Positions 18,018-26,739 of a DNA stretch of 64,000 bases are shown piece by piece. Where the stretch lies: the sequence record PP496443.1; one strand, 5' to 3'. The stretch's first letter is position 1. Every line of letters begins with the position of its first letter. The notes under the pieces were generated by a model. It made no database searches, was not told the DNA's origin, and saw nothing but the letters and a program-made list of their open reading frames with translations. Position numbers and translations under genes: made by a program.

Positions 18018-19621
18018 TTGTTCCACTCCTTGCGAGCCTTTAGCTGGGCTTCGGTAGGGGCCACCCGGAATCGTGTGTTCTGGGGCGACAAGTTCTTGAG
18101 CAGTGTGGTGGTCACACATTCGTGCGGCGTGATATGCAGCAGCAGGTCACTGGCTCGGGTATACGACACGTATTGAACGTGGGGCAGCTGGCCGTCTTCA
18201 CAGTCGAACCAGTCGTCGATCACCGCGACTCGTTCACTCTCCATCCCCTTCGCACCCCATGAGGTGTTAAGTTCCACACCTTTGCCGTGGTCATTGGCAA
18301 TGATCTTGGTGATGAACGTCTTCACTTCGGCAGCGCTACCAAGGTCCCAGTTGGTGACGATGTACAACGCAGCGTCTGCGGCATCCTTGATCAGTGGCTC
18401 CTTGGACTCCTTACGCAAATCATCCAAGGCCTTAACGAAGTCAAGAGTGGACTTGCGGCCGCAGCGCATGGCGACACCAATCACCTGTTCCAGCACCTTG
18501 GCTTTCTTGAAGGTAACCTCCAGTCCACGATCCATGTATTCCAGCGCGATGCGGATCAGATGCTTGTTACGGGCGCTGACCACGCGTTGCACGTCGAACT
18601 TAATCATGCTCTTGATGCGGTACGGATCCTTCTTGGTGTGCGCCGTCAGCATCTTGACTTGCCCACCCTCGGCGAAGGCTTCAAGCGGCACATCGGGGAA
18701 TCGACCCTTGACGAACTCGACGATCTTCGATTTGGACCGGTACGTGGTGGTAGACGGCAATCTCTTAGCGTTGAACTCCTTGAACATGTCAGCCATGCCC
18801 GCGCTCAACCCACCTCGGAACGCATAGATGGCCTGCCATGGATCACCGACGAAGACGAACAACATGCCCGGCTTCAACCGGCGGAACAGGCGAAGCGTGT
18901 CGTGCTGCACAAGGTTGAAGTCTTGGAACTCATCGACGAACAACACGTCCGGCAGGATCTTCGCCAGCGTGGCGTACTGCGTGCGGATAAAGCTGTTGGC
19001 CAGAACCATGCGGCTCATGTCGTTGAAGTCTACCGACGACGTGGTCTCATCACTGGCTTCCAGCGCCTCACATATTTCAGGAAGCAGTGGCACCACCTTC
19101 TCATGGGGAATCAAGAAGCGGTACTTGCCGGTGATCAGTTCCTTGATCTGCTTGGGGTCGCTGTAGGGAATGCCCAATTCACGGATACGCTCTCCGTGCC
19201 AGCGGATGTCCTTGTTCACACGAGGCCCGTCTTGGGGGAACAGTGCGTCCACCACCTGGAACCACTTGTCGAACATGATCGGTACGGCCTTGGCACCCGT
19301 CAACGTCTTGAACAACTCCAGCCCGTAGCTGTGCATGGTGGAACTGGAGACCGCCCGATCCTTAATACGCTGATCGAACACCTTGGCGTTGTCCGTGTTG
19401 AACACGATGGCGCGCATGGTCAGCTTCGGGCACTCTTTACGAATGCGGCGGATAGTCTCGATGATCAGGGTGGTCTTACCCGATCCGGCACCGGCGTCGA
19501 TGCCCACTGCGTCTTGTGGCTTGCCGGTGTACAAGTCTTTAGGCATCGACTTGGCTTTCTTCAAGATCTCGTTGAAGATGTCATTCTGTTGCTTGGACCA
19601 AACTCTTTCAGTAGTGGACAT
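18014..19621 (-). CDS. SF1A UvrD/Rep-like DNA helicase
   Basis: AGAGSGKT (Walker A), VDEFQD (Walker B), GDPWQAIYAFRG, TTYRS, WGAKGMES, YVSYTRA. Confidence 0.93.
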   Translation of the reverse strand: MSTTERVWSKQQNDIFNEILKKAKSMPKDLYTGKPQDAVGIDAGAGSGKTTLIIETIRRIRKECPKLTMRAIVFNTDNAKVFDQRIKDRAVSSSTMHSYGLELFKTLTGAKAVPIMFDKWFQVVDALFPQDGPRVNKDIRWHGERIRELGIPYSDPKQIKELITGKYRFLIPHEKVVPLLPEICEALEASDETTSSVDFNDMSRMVLANSFIRTQYATLAKILPDVLFVDEFQDFNLVQHDTLRLFRRLKPGMLFVFVGDPWQAIYAFRGGLSAGMADMFKEFNAKRLPSTTTYRSKSKIVEFVKGRFPDVPLEAFAEGGQVKMLTAHTKKDPYRIKSMIKFDVQRVVSARNKHLIRIALEYMDRGLEVTFKKAKVLEQVIGVAMRCGRKSTLDFVKALDDLRKESKEPLIKDAADAALYIVTNWDLGSAAEVKTFITKIIANDHGKGVELNTSWGAKGMESERVAVIDDWFDCEDGQLPHVQYVSYTRASDLLLHITPHECVTTTLLKNLSPQNTRFRVAPTEAQLKARKEWNK

Positions 19622-19652
19622 GGGTTTACCTTAACGCTTCACGGTTTCCATC

Positions 19653-19686
19653 CATTTACACGAGGCCTATGCGCGTGGGGTAAATG
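19653..19686. promoter_or_regulatory. Back-to-back GTAAATG boxes at the strand-switch point
   Basis: CATTTAC at 19653-19659 (minus) and GTAAATG at 19680-19686 (plus), between divergent genes. Confidence 0.6.
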
Positions 19687-19748
19687 AGCGTATAGCAATC
19701 GAATACGTGGAATTAGCCCTTAACGGCGTCCCCACTAGCGGAGAACAC

Positions 19749-21227
19749 ATGAAATCTGTAGCCGTTGACTACCAAAAGATAGCCAAGGAATGCCAGTGTA
19801 CCGAGCTGCCTTCTAAGGTAAGAGTTACGCGTGCACGGGTCTATCCAAACTTGAGGACGTGTCTACTCTTCCTCAAGTACGATGCCAAAGGTGAACTGGT
19901 ACAAGCCGAGATCACTGCGCCGTACGACACGTCCACTGAGCCAAAGGTGAGGGTGCTCAAGCACCCGGATAAGAAGTCCGACTTCCTTTCATTATATAGA
20001 GCGCTGATCCGCCACCAGATCATACCCGAGTCTATTCCGAAGAAAGGTAACGGGATTGCACCAACGCTGGAGGTCATCGGCACACTGGTGAGCCTGCTGC
20101 CGGAACGGGATGTCGAAACCTTCCGTACGCTGACCCCGGCCATCCAGACGGGCAGCGTCATGTACGTCCCTCTGGTTACGTCCCGGCCAATGCCCATGGT
20201 GCAACACTGGATACCCGTTGACCAGCATTCAGAGCTGGGCATGATCGAGCTGGTCGATACGGATAGCAAGCCTTTCCTTAATCAGTGGGTCAACAGGTTG
20301 AGCAACACCGCCACCGGTTATGTGATCTACACCCCGGAAGGCTCACACGGTCAGGAACTCGCCTGCTTCCGGGTGCCCAATGTACAAGGGGAGGAACTGT
20401 GTGTGGTCAAGAAGGTTGACTTCACCCTGACTGTTGCTCGCACACTCAAGCCGGTACTGACTGTATCCACCAAGAGTACTCGGGCAGTGTCCCGCATTCC
20501 CCTACCCCACTATCTGATGCTGCGCAATCACCACATCAAGGTGGGCACGGTTATTTCCCTGCGTCGTAACGACCGAGGTGGGTTGGTGTACCATGAGACG
20601 GTGGCCGAGGAAGGCATGACGCCCCTGCCGCTGTGTCCACACTGCCACAGTGGTTCTGTGCTGCGAGGTAGTAGCAATGACGTGTACTGCAATAACGATT
20701 CATGCCGAGGCCTAGCCATTGTGCGACTTCGTTATGTCTTGAACAACAAGCTGGACGTCAAGTACCTGAGCGACAATAAGGTAACAGCGCTGATCAATGA
20801 CAAGCAGGACCTGTTCAGCTTGCTTAAGACACCGACGCACCAGTTACGGCACAGACCTGGCTTTGGTGCACGTACCGTGGACGCACTGGAGGAGAAGCTT
20901 AACACTATTGCCGGTCTTCCACTGCACACACTGGCCGAGATGTCCTGCGCTTTCTACAACGTGGGCGTGCCCCCACTGGATGAGATGGTGTTCAAGAAGA
21001 TCTTTTCCGTTATGTCGATTGACTACCTGAAAGCGCTGCCGTCTACCGGCAAGATGTACAGTCAGCTGCTCGACATCGAAGGTATCCGCAACAACCGCGC
21101 AGTGGCTTTCCTTGCCGGCTGGCCTGCATTTCAACAGTGGATGATAGACCTGAACGCTGCCCTACAGTCTCGTAGCGCAATCTCCTCCACGGTAAATAAC
21201 CCGAAACAAATTCGAGGTGTGAAATGA
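19749..21227 (+). CDS. Catalytically degenerate NAD-dependent DNA ligase (LigA) homolog
   Basis: OB-fold, Zn finger (CPHC...YCNNDSC) and HhH repeats (GFGARTVDAL, IEGIRNNRA) retained; adenylation motifs substituted (KxDG->PNLRT, EVRGE->EVIGT, DGVVIK->TGYVIY); no BRCT. Start re-placed at ATG 19749. Confidence 0.75.
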   Translation: MKSVAVDYQKIAKECQCTELPSKVRVTRARVYPNLRTCLLFLKYDAKGELVQAEITAPYDTSTEPKVRVLKHPDKKSDFLSLYRALIRHQIIPESIPKKGNGIAPTLEVIGTLVSLLPERDVETFRTLTPAIQTGSVMYVPLVTSRPMPMVQHWIPVDQHSELGMIELVDTDSKPFLNQWVNRLSNTATGYVIYTPEGSHGQELACFRVPNVQGEELCVVKKVDFTLTVARTLKPVLTVSTKSTRAVSRIPLPHYLMLRNHHIKVGTVISLRRNDRGGLVYHETVAEEGMTPLPLCPHCHSGSVLRGSSNDVYCNNDSCRGLAIVRLRYVLNNKLDVKYLSDNKVTALINDKQDLFSLLKTPTHQLRHRPGFGARTVDALEEKLNTIAGLPLHTLAEMSCAFYNVGVPPLDEMVFKKIFSVMSIDYLKALPSTGKMYSQLLDIEGIRNNRAVAFLAGWPAFQQWMIDLNAALQSRSAISSTVNNPKQIRGVK

Positions 21228-21988
21228 ACAATCAAAACAGAACTCGTATCGCTGTGCTTGTCGGCGGCGGTCTGGACTCACATGCGTACATGGTATTGAA
21301 AGCCGACCAGCCTCAGACAGACTTCATTCATGTGGACTACGGCCAGCGGGTTGCAGTAGCCGAGAGAAACGCCGTGTTGCAAATGGCTGAGAAGCTGGGC
21401 ATTGCCCGCAGCCGGGTGTACACGCTGATCTGCAACAAGAAGAATCACATGCGCAAGGTCAATGACGGTGTGGGTGTGTTGTTTGGCACCGGCCCGGTCG
21501 AGATGGACAATGCGTTTGTTAAGGGGCGTAACCTGTTCCTGATTCAGAAGGCCATCGAGCTGGGCTACGGTCACGTGCACTTGACGCTGACCCAAGAGCG
21601 TGGCCGGATGTTCCCCGATGCCGATCTGGCATTCGTCCAGCTGGTTGACAACCTGATGCACCGCAGTTATGACGTGAGGGTATCCGCCCCCTACATCATG
21701 GAAGACAAGCATCGGGTGATGTTCAAGGCGTATCGGCATTGCCCCGAGTTCCTCGATATGTCTTTCACGTGCTGGGTAGGTCCTTATGTGGAATGTGGCA
21801 CGTGCCCGCACTGCGTCAAGAAGGAAAAGATTCGAGCCGAGATGATCGTTGAGAAGATTGAATACGATCTCAGCAAGGATGAACGTGAGGCGCAGTGGGA
21901 GCAAGTCAAGGCAGGCTACGGCGACGCGTTGAAGCCCGCTGAGACCATCAACATGAACATTCAGGTTGTTGACGGGGAAATGAAATGA
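21224..21988 (+). CDS. queC: QueC-like ATP-pyrophosphatase (paralog 1)
   Basis: GGGLDS PP-loop, VDYGQR, FVKGRN, FPDAD, SFTCW...CGTCPHC zinc site. Confidence 0.8.
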   Translation: MNNQNRTRIAVLVGGGLDSHAYMVLKADQPQTDFIHVDYGQRVAVAERNAVLQMAEKLGIARSRVYTLICNKKNHMRKVNDGVGVLFGTGPVEMDNAFVKGRNLFLIQKAIELGYGHVHLTLTQERGRMFPDADLAFVQLVDNLMHRSYDVRVSAPYIMEDKHRVMFKAYRHCPEFLDMSFTCWVGPYVECGTCPHCVKKEKIRAEMIVEKIEYDLSKDEREAQWEQVKAGYGDALKPAETINMNIQVVDGEMK

Positions 21989-22746
21989 ACAAGTTCTTAT
22001 GTTGGTTCAATCGTCTGCTGGGTAAGGAGCAAAAGGCGGTAACGATGACAATGACCGACGCCAGTGGCAAGTTGGTCACCATTCATATACCTAAAGGTGC
22101 CGGGGTTGAGTACACCTTGTCGAAGTCGGGTGCCCACTTGAACGTCTCGGTCAAGGACGACATCTTCGTATTGAGCACGAACGGTGCTGGAGGCGGTGGG
22201 GGTGGCCGCGGTAGATCCAAACCTGGTGGCCCCGGCCATCCGCCCGTGCATCCGCGCCAAACCGTCCCAGTGGGTCCAGGCGCCCCGAACATGGGTTGCG
22301 CTGGGGACGCACCGAGTGGAGCAGGTGTAACGTCGCCAGTGGGCGCTCAAGCTTCGTTCCCTATCGGTGCCCGAGCCACTGTTTCTAGTGGTGGCCGCGT
22401 TGGTGGTCTGGCGGGTGACGGACGGGAACACAGAGAACTAGGAGGTGCACCCGGTCCCGGCGGAGATAGCTTCGTTCCCTCTCCAATCCGTAGTAGTGAC
22501 CGAGCCTATCGCATCCGCGGTCTGTACTACGTCATTACGACTCGAAAGCTTACAGGTGAGGAGTACCCGACCCACGAACTTCTGCACTGGGGCCTTCGAG
22601 ACATAGAACTCATGGGCAAGTTCTCAACGGTCCGTGAAGCTATCGACGAACTCAAGAGTAAGCTGGGTATCGTGTTAGACGATATTACGGACTATCAGGT
22701 TGACTCCATTCCCAAACGGATGTGCAAACCACCGCACAAATCTTGA
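21985..22746 (+). CDS. Gly/Pro-rich low-complexity protein
   Basis: 253 aa with GAGGGGGGRGRSKPGGPGHPP and further GP/GA repeats between folded termini; ATGA-coupled to QueC-1. Confidence 0.65.
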   Translation: MNKFLCWFNRLLGKEQKAVTMTMTDASGKLVTIHIPKGAGVEYTLSKSGAHLNVSVKDDIFVLSTNGAGGGGGGRGRSKPGGPGHPPVHPRQTVPVGPGAPNMGCAGDAPSGAGVTSPVGAQASFPIGARATVSSGGRVGGLAGDGREHRELGGAPGPGGDSFVPSPIRSSDRAYRIRGLYYVITTRKLTGEEYPTHELLHWGLRDIELMGKFSTVREAIDELKSKLGIVLDDITDYQVDSIPKRMCKPPHKS

Positions 22747-22750
22747 GCGG

Positions 22751-22757
22751 GTAAATG
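22751..22757 (+). promoter_or_regulatory. GTAAATR box
   Basis: GTAAATG, 28 bp before the QueC-2 start. Confidence 0.55.
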
Positions 22758-22784
22758 GCTCGCAACTAATCCGGAGACACTAGC

Positions 22785-23603
22785 ATGACCACTACACCCC
22801 CTAAGATTATCGTCGCATTCAGCGCTGGCACAGATTCAACCACAGCGGCCTATTACTATCGCAAGCTCGGGTATCAGGTTACGCTGGCTGTCTTCGATGA
22901 TGGCCCCTGCAACGATCCAAAGGATCCTCTGTACGATCCTAACAAGCCGGAAGATCTTACCAATTTCTCCGACGAGTTCTACGATTACGTACGAATCCAT
23001 CAAGAACACACTGAGGGTCACCTGCAGTTCGACTTTGTGGAGATCCGTTACCCACAGCTCCCGTTGTTGGAAGCCAACAAGACGGCTAAACCTGGTCGGG
23101 ACAACGCGGCGGCAGCCGAAGCTGACGGCTTGGGGTTCTGGGTAGGCTTCAAAGGTCTGATGGCGATGATGCTGATGAGCCACGGCGCGGCCAACGGTTA
23201 CGAGGCTGTAGTCTTCGGCCACATGCCGTACAACAACCATTACGAAGATGAGCTGCCGCAGAACTTCGAGCTGCTGCGCCAGTACATGGTTACGGCCTAT
23301 GGCAGCCGAGTGGAAATTCCTCAGATCTACCACCCGTTCTATCGACCGAATTTCGATACCAAGGAAAAGGTTATTGAGCTGGCGCAGGCAATCGGCGTGC
23401 CCTTGCGAGATACCTATTCGTGCCGCCGAGGTGAAGTAGAAACCCGAGGTATCCTATTGCCACTTCTGCGTGGTGGTAAATCCAACTACGTGAGCCCCAC
23501 CTACCGCTGGAAGCATTGTGGTACGTGTGAGAACTGTGTCGAACGCAAGCGAGCCTTCGCGGCGCTGGGCATGAAAGATCCTGCCCCTTATATGGAACAT
23601 TGA
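22785..23603 (+). CDS. QueC-like ATP-pyrophosphatase (paralog 2, divergent)
   Basis: AFSAGTDS PP-loop, TKEKVI, DTYSC...HCGTCENCVERKRAF...DPAPY; lacks the YGQ and PxRN motifs. Confidence 0.75.
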   Translation: MTTTPPKIIVAFSAGTDSTTAAYYYRKLGYQVTLAVFDDGPCNDPKDPLYDPNKPEDLTNFSDEFYDYVRIHQEHTEGHLQFDFVEIRYPQLPLLEANKTAKPGRDNAAAAEADGLGFWVGFKGLMAMMLMSHGAANGYEAVVFGHMPYNNHYEDELPQNFELLRQYMVTAYGSRVEIPQIYHPFYRPNFDTKEKVIELAQAIGVPLRDTYSCRRGEVETRGILLPLLRGGKSNYVSPTYRWKHCGTCENCVERKRAFAALGMKDPAPYMEH

Positions 23604-23604
23604 T

Positions 23605-24594
23605 ATGGCCCTTTCAACCTGGCCGCTGACCGAAGGTGAACTCGGTCAGGGCCTCGTCAACGAACTGAATCGTACCAGCAAGGCGCTGGTGAACCGGAGT
23701 ATGTGGTCTTTGCCATTGCTCCGGCGTTTGTTTTATCGGCGCACCGAGATTGGTGTCCCGGAGCTACTCCACGTCTGTACCAGCATTCATCGGGGCAAGA
23801 CTTACTTCTGCCTGTTGGTGAACTTCCGAGACGTGGTGATGGGCAATCCCGACCAGTATGGCTGGGATCTGGCGGGCCGCTGGTTGTTCTACGACGTTGA
23901 CCTGCTGGACACCCCGCCGTTCAAAGCGGTGAAGAAGTCCATTGAGTCCCGTGCCACCAAGACCGAAGTGTCGTACGGTCAGGCTTTCCTCCCTTACGAG
24001 AAGAGCGATGAGGAATACGTCAAGTCCCTCAAGGGCAACTACAAGCCCCACATCTTCGGCGAGAAGTCCAAGCAGTATCGCGTCTTATCGTACTTCGGGC
24101 TGGCAGCGGTAGCCCCCTTCGCTCAAGCTCTGATGTGCTTCGGCATTCAGCGCGCCGAAAGGTTTATGGCCGAAGGGCAGAACGATGTCCTCCCCGAGTT
24201 GTACGACCTGCCACTGCAACTGGCGGGGCTCGGCAATGTCTCGAACACCCGCATCGGCTGCGTGACCATTGAAGTAGAAGGTACGATGGTAGGTGCTATC
24301 AGCATGTATGCTCAAGGTGCACTGGGCGACGCGGACATGCTGTATCTGCACGAGATCCTCATCGACCCGGACCCCAAGTGGAAGAGCTTGTCGCTGGCTA
24401 CTCTGCTGCACATTCATGCCGTCCTGTACTATCGCCGATCCCTCCAGAAAGACATAGTGTTCAACCTGGGCTATAACTTCGCCGATGGGTATCAAGGTTA
24501 CAAGGATGTCTTCCGTCCCAACGCCAACGCCTTCAACGTGTACACCGAGATGGACACCGAGCCCGGCGTACCACTGTCCTGTTTCAAGGGGTAA
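23605..24594 (+). CDS. Fem/BioF2-type GNAT-fold transferase 1
   Basis: C-terminal VGAISM...LYLHEILID...SLATLL...FNLG...YQGYKDVF pattern of Fem-like GNATs. Confidence 0.6.
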   Translation: MALSTWPLTEGELGQGLVNELNRTSKALVNRSMWSLPLLRRLFYRRTEIGVPELLHVCTSIHRGKTYFCLLVNFRDVVMGNPDQYGWDLAGRWLFYDVDLLDTPPFKAVKKSIESRATKTEVSYGQAFLPYEKSDEEYVKSLKGNYKPHIFGEKSKQYRVLSYFGLAAVAPFAQALMCFGIQRAERFMAEGQNDVLPELYDLPLQLAGLGNVSNTRIGCVTIEVEGTMVGAISMYAQGALGDADMLYLHEILIDPDPKWKSLSLATLLHIHAVLYYRRSLQKDIVFNLGYNFADGYQGYKDVFRPNANAFNVYTEMDTEPGVPLSCFKG

Positions 24595-24597
24595 GAC

Positions 24598-25599
24598 ATG
24601 TACACTCCGTATTCCCAAAACAGCCTTATGCAGTCGATCCCTCTGGATGACCAAGGTACATTCGCCCATCCACCGTACACGATGGAAGGAGAGTTCACCG
24701 ACGTGTGGACGAATCCCAGCCTGTACGGGTTTGTTAGCTTGTTGAACGGTCAGAGCAATAGCCGGGCATATCGAGACTGGATGACCACCCACAATCTTCC
24801 AGCCCTGTTCCTCGGTCCGCACCATGAAGACAACTTCTGGTTTGAATTCAGCACTGGTCTCGATTCCAACTGCACGCTGGATTACAACGAGATCAACGTC
24901 CAAGGCAACCTGCAGGACTTCCTTGGGAGATTGACGTCATCTCGCCGTCGCTCCGTGCTCAAGGCAAAGGAAACGGATACAATGATCCACAAGGCAGGCT
25001 CGGTAGCCAACTTCAACCTGTATCATCCGGTAGAGGGTAGGCTGTATAGTCTGACCGTGATTCACGAACGCCGGGTGATGAAAGATATTTCCGAGTTTAT
25101 CGAATCGAAACTCTGGAGTATGAAGCATACGCCTACTGACCTCACGTACGGTGCATTCACCACTCTGATGGACTACATCCGGTTGAAGCAGCGAGATGAC
25201 ACGCCGCTGGGCCACCGGTTGCGCAACGTACAGCTCTTGATTATCCGAGATGAACGCTCCGGGTTTATCGTGTCGGTACACCTGGTGGCGATCAACACGT
25301 TGAAAGATGAGTCCATGAACCCCATCAAGACGTACATGCACTCCTTCGCACGCATCACTGTTCTCCCTGCACGTATCGCCTTACTTGCGTTGATCAAGGC
25401 GGTTCAAGAGTTAAACGTCACCAGTCAGTATGCGTCCCGTGCACTGGCGAAGATCGACTATCTTGATGTGAGCAACGTGGTGCTGTCCGAGCGAGAGCAG
25501 TACAAGTCGGACTTCTTCACCGGCAAATGCCAAGTGCGTGCGTGGGCATCCCCGGCGCTGCTGGAACGGCAGTTACCTTTCGTTACGCCGATCCCGTAA
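24598..25599 (+). CDS. Fem/BioF2-type GNAT-fold transferase 2
   Basis: LQDFLGRLTSSRRRSVLKA helix motif, FIVSVHLV strand, YLDVS...EQYKSDF terminal motif. Confidence 0.6.
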   Translation: MYTPYSQNSLMQSIPLDDQGTFAHPPYTMEGEFTDVWTNPSLYGFVSLLNGQSNSRAYRDWMTTHNLPALFLGPHHEDNFWFEFSTGLDSNCTLDYNEINVQGNLQDFLGRLTSSRRRSVLKAKETDTMIHKAGSVANFNLYHPVEGRLYSLTVIHERRVMKDISEFIESKLWSMKHTPTDLTYGAFTTLMDYIRLKQRDDTPLGHRLRNVQLLIIRDERSGFIVSVHLVAINTLKDESMNPIKTYMHSFARITVLPARIALLALIKAVQELNVTSQYASRALAKIDYLDVSNVVLSEREQYKSDFFTGKCQVRAWASPALLERQLPFVTPIP

Positions 25600-25603
25600 C
25601 TCT

Positions 25604-25610
25604 GTAAATG
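25604..25610 (+). promoter_or_regulatory. GTAAATR box followed by a start-codon-sequestering hairpin
   Basis: GTAAATG, then ATGGGAAC (25611-25618) complementary to GTTCCCAT (25648-25655), which covers the ATG at 25654. Confidence 0.55.
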
Positions 25611-25653
25611 ATGGGAACAGCCCCACCATCACTTCATCTCTAGGGTAGTTCCC

Positions 25654-26706
25654 ATGCAAGACTTCGATAAGATAATGATCGATAGTAGTTTGACATCCAA
25701 TCTGGTGTACGCAGGGTTGGGTAACTTGATCACGCCCCGCGCACTTGACCTGCTGATCGAACATCAGGCTGCACTGGAAAACGTATACGCCAATCTGGAA
25801 ACGGCCTATCAGATTACCCCACCCTTCCCCTGTGAAGCTGCATTCAATTCCCCTGACAAAGATCCTGTGCTGGTCGCCGACTATCTGAATGCTACTCCCG
25901 CCATCCGTTGCGGAGAGCTGGCTGGATTCGAGGCAAAGCCCGGCAGTTACTACCATGCGCCCGCCGCTGGTATCTCCCCGGAACATCGCATCGACGTACG
26001 TGGTATGTCTTTGCGTGAGTTCGACCACTATCTGGTTGAGCGTAAGGAGGTATCCCGTATCACTACCAATCTGGTGGCCGACAAGTTCCGCTGTGAGACG
26101 CATGTGTACAAAGTGGATGAAGATCATATCCTGATCCATGACGCCGAACGAGTTGGGATCAGCCAGACGGACTTCCGCCGCATGTGGGCGCAGACCCGCC
26201 GCCGGGAAATCGCTGAAAACTATCTGCAGTACATGCCCATCGAAGACTCCGCCAAGGATGATCAGGTGGTGCGCCTGATCAACGAAGACGTAGCACGGGT
26301 GTTCGCCCAGAACGTCGACTACGACCGCATGATTCCGCCCGAGCTGATCTTCGATGGTCAGGGCAAGCCGGTGCTGACCGTGCTGAAAGATTGCAACGCC
26401 AAGGTGTTGGGCATTGGTGTGTACGTCATCTACAAGTCAGCTGACCCAGAGAATGACAGCGAACTGCACTGGCGTGGCGCTTTCTACGATCACGAAGATC
26501 CTCGCGTAGCATCCATGGGCATTGAACACGCTCTGGTTGCCAGCGCACTGCATACAGCGTACGCCTGCAACGCGGTCCTCTATCTGACCAAGGCACCTAA
26601 GTCCGTGTGCGACGCATGGAAGACGGAAGTGCACCAAGGTTACGGTCTGGTCCGTAATGCGATGCCGGAACTGTCTGACACCCCTTACATTCTGGCTATC
26701 CAGTAA
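25654..26706 (+). CDS. GNAT-fold transferase-like protein 3
   Basis: VLGIGVYV...LHWRGAFYD...SMGIEHALVASALHTA...LYL...WK resembles the Fem-like GNAT C-terminal half. Confidence 0.5.
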   Translation: MQDFDKIMIDSSLTSNLVYAGLGNLITPRALDLLIEHQAALENVYANLETAYQITPPFPCEAAFNSPDKDPVLVADYLNATPAIRCGELAGFEAKPGSYYHAPAAGISPEHRIDVRGMSLREFDHYLVERKEVSRITTNLVADKFRCETHVYKVDEDHILIHDAERVGISQTDFRRMWAQTRRREIAENYLQYMPIEDSAKDDQVVRLINEDVARVFAQNVDYDRMIPPELIFDGQGKPVLTVLKDCNAKVLGIGVYVIYKSADPENDSELHWRGAFYDHEDPRVASMGIEHALVASALHTAYACNAVLYLTKAPKSVCDAWKTEVHQGYGLVRNAMPELSDTPYILAIQ

Positions 26707-26719
26707 ATAGCCGGTAACT
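26703..26719 (+). promoter_or_regulatory. GTAAATR box (extended copy)
   Basis: GTAAATAGCCGGTAACT, 16/17 identical to GTAAATAGCCGGTGACT at 55744. Confidence 0.6.
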
Positions 26720-26739
26720 CCATCCATTGAGGTACTTCC

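Noticed and set aside
18287-19687. 466-aa plus-strand ORF opposite the UvrD helicase
   Set aside because: Shadow ORF; the minus frame has all SF1 helicase motifs.
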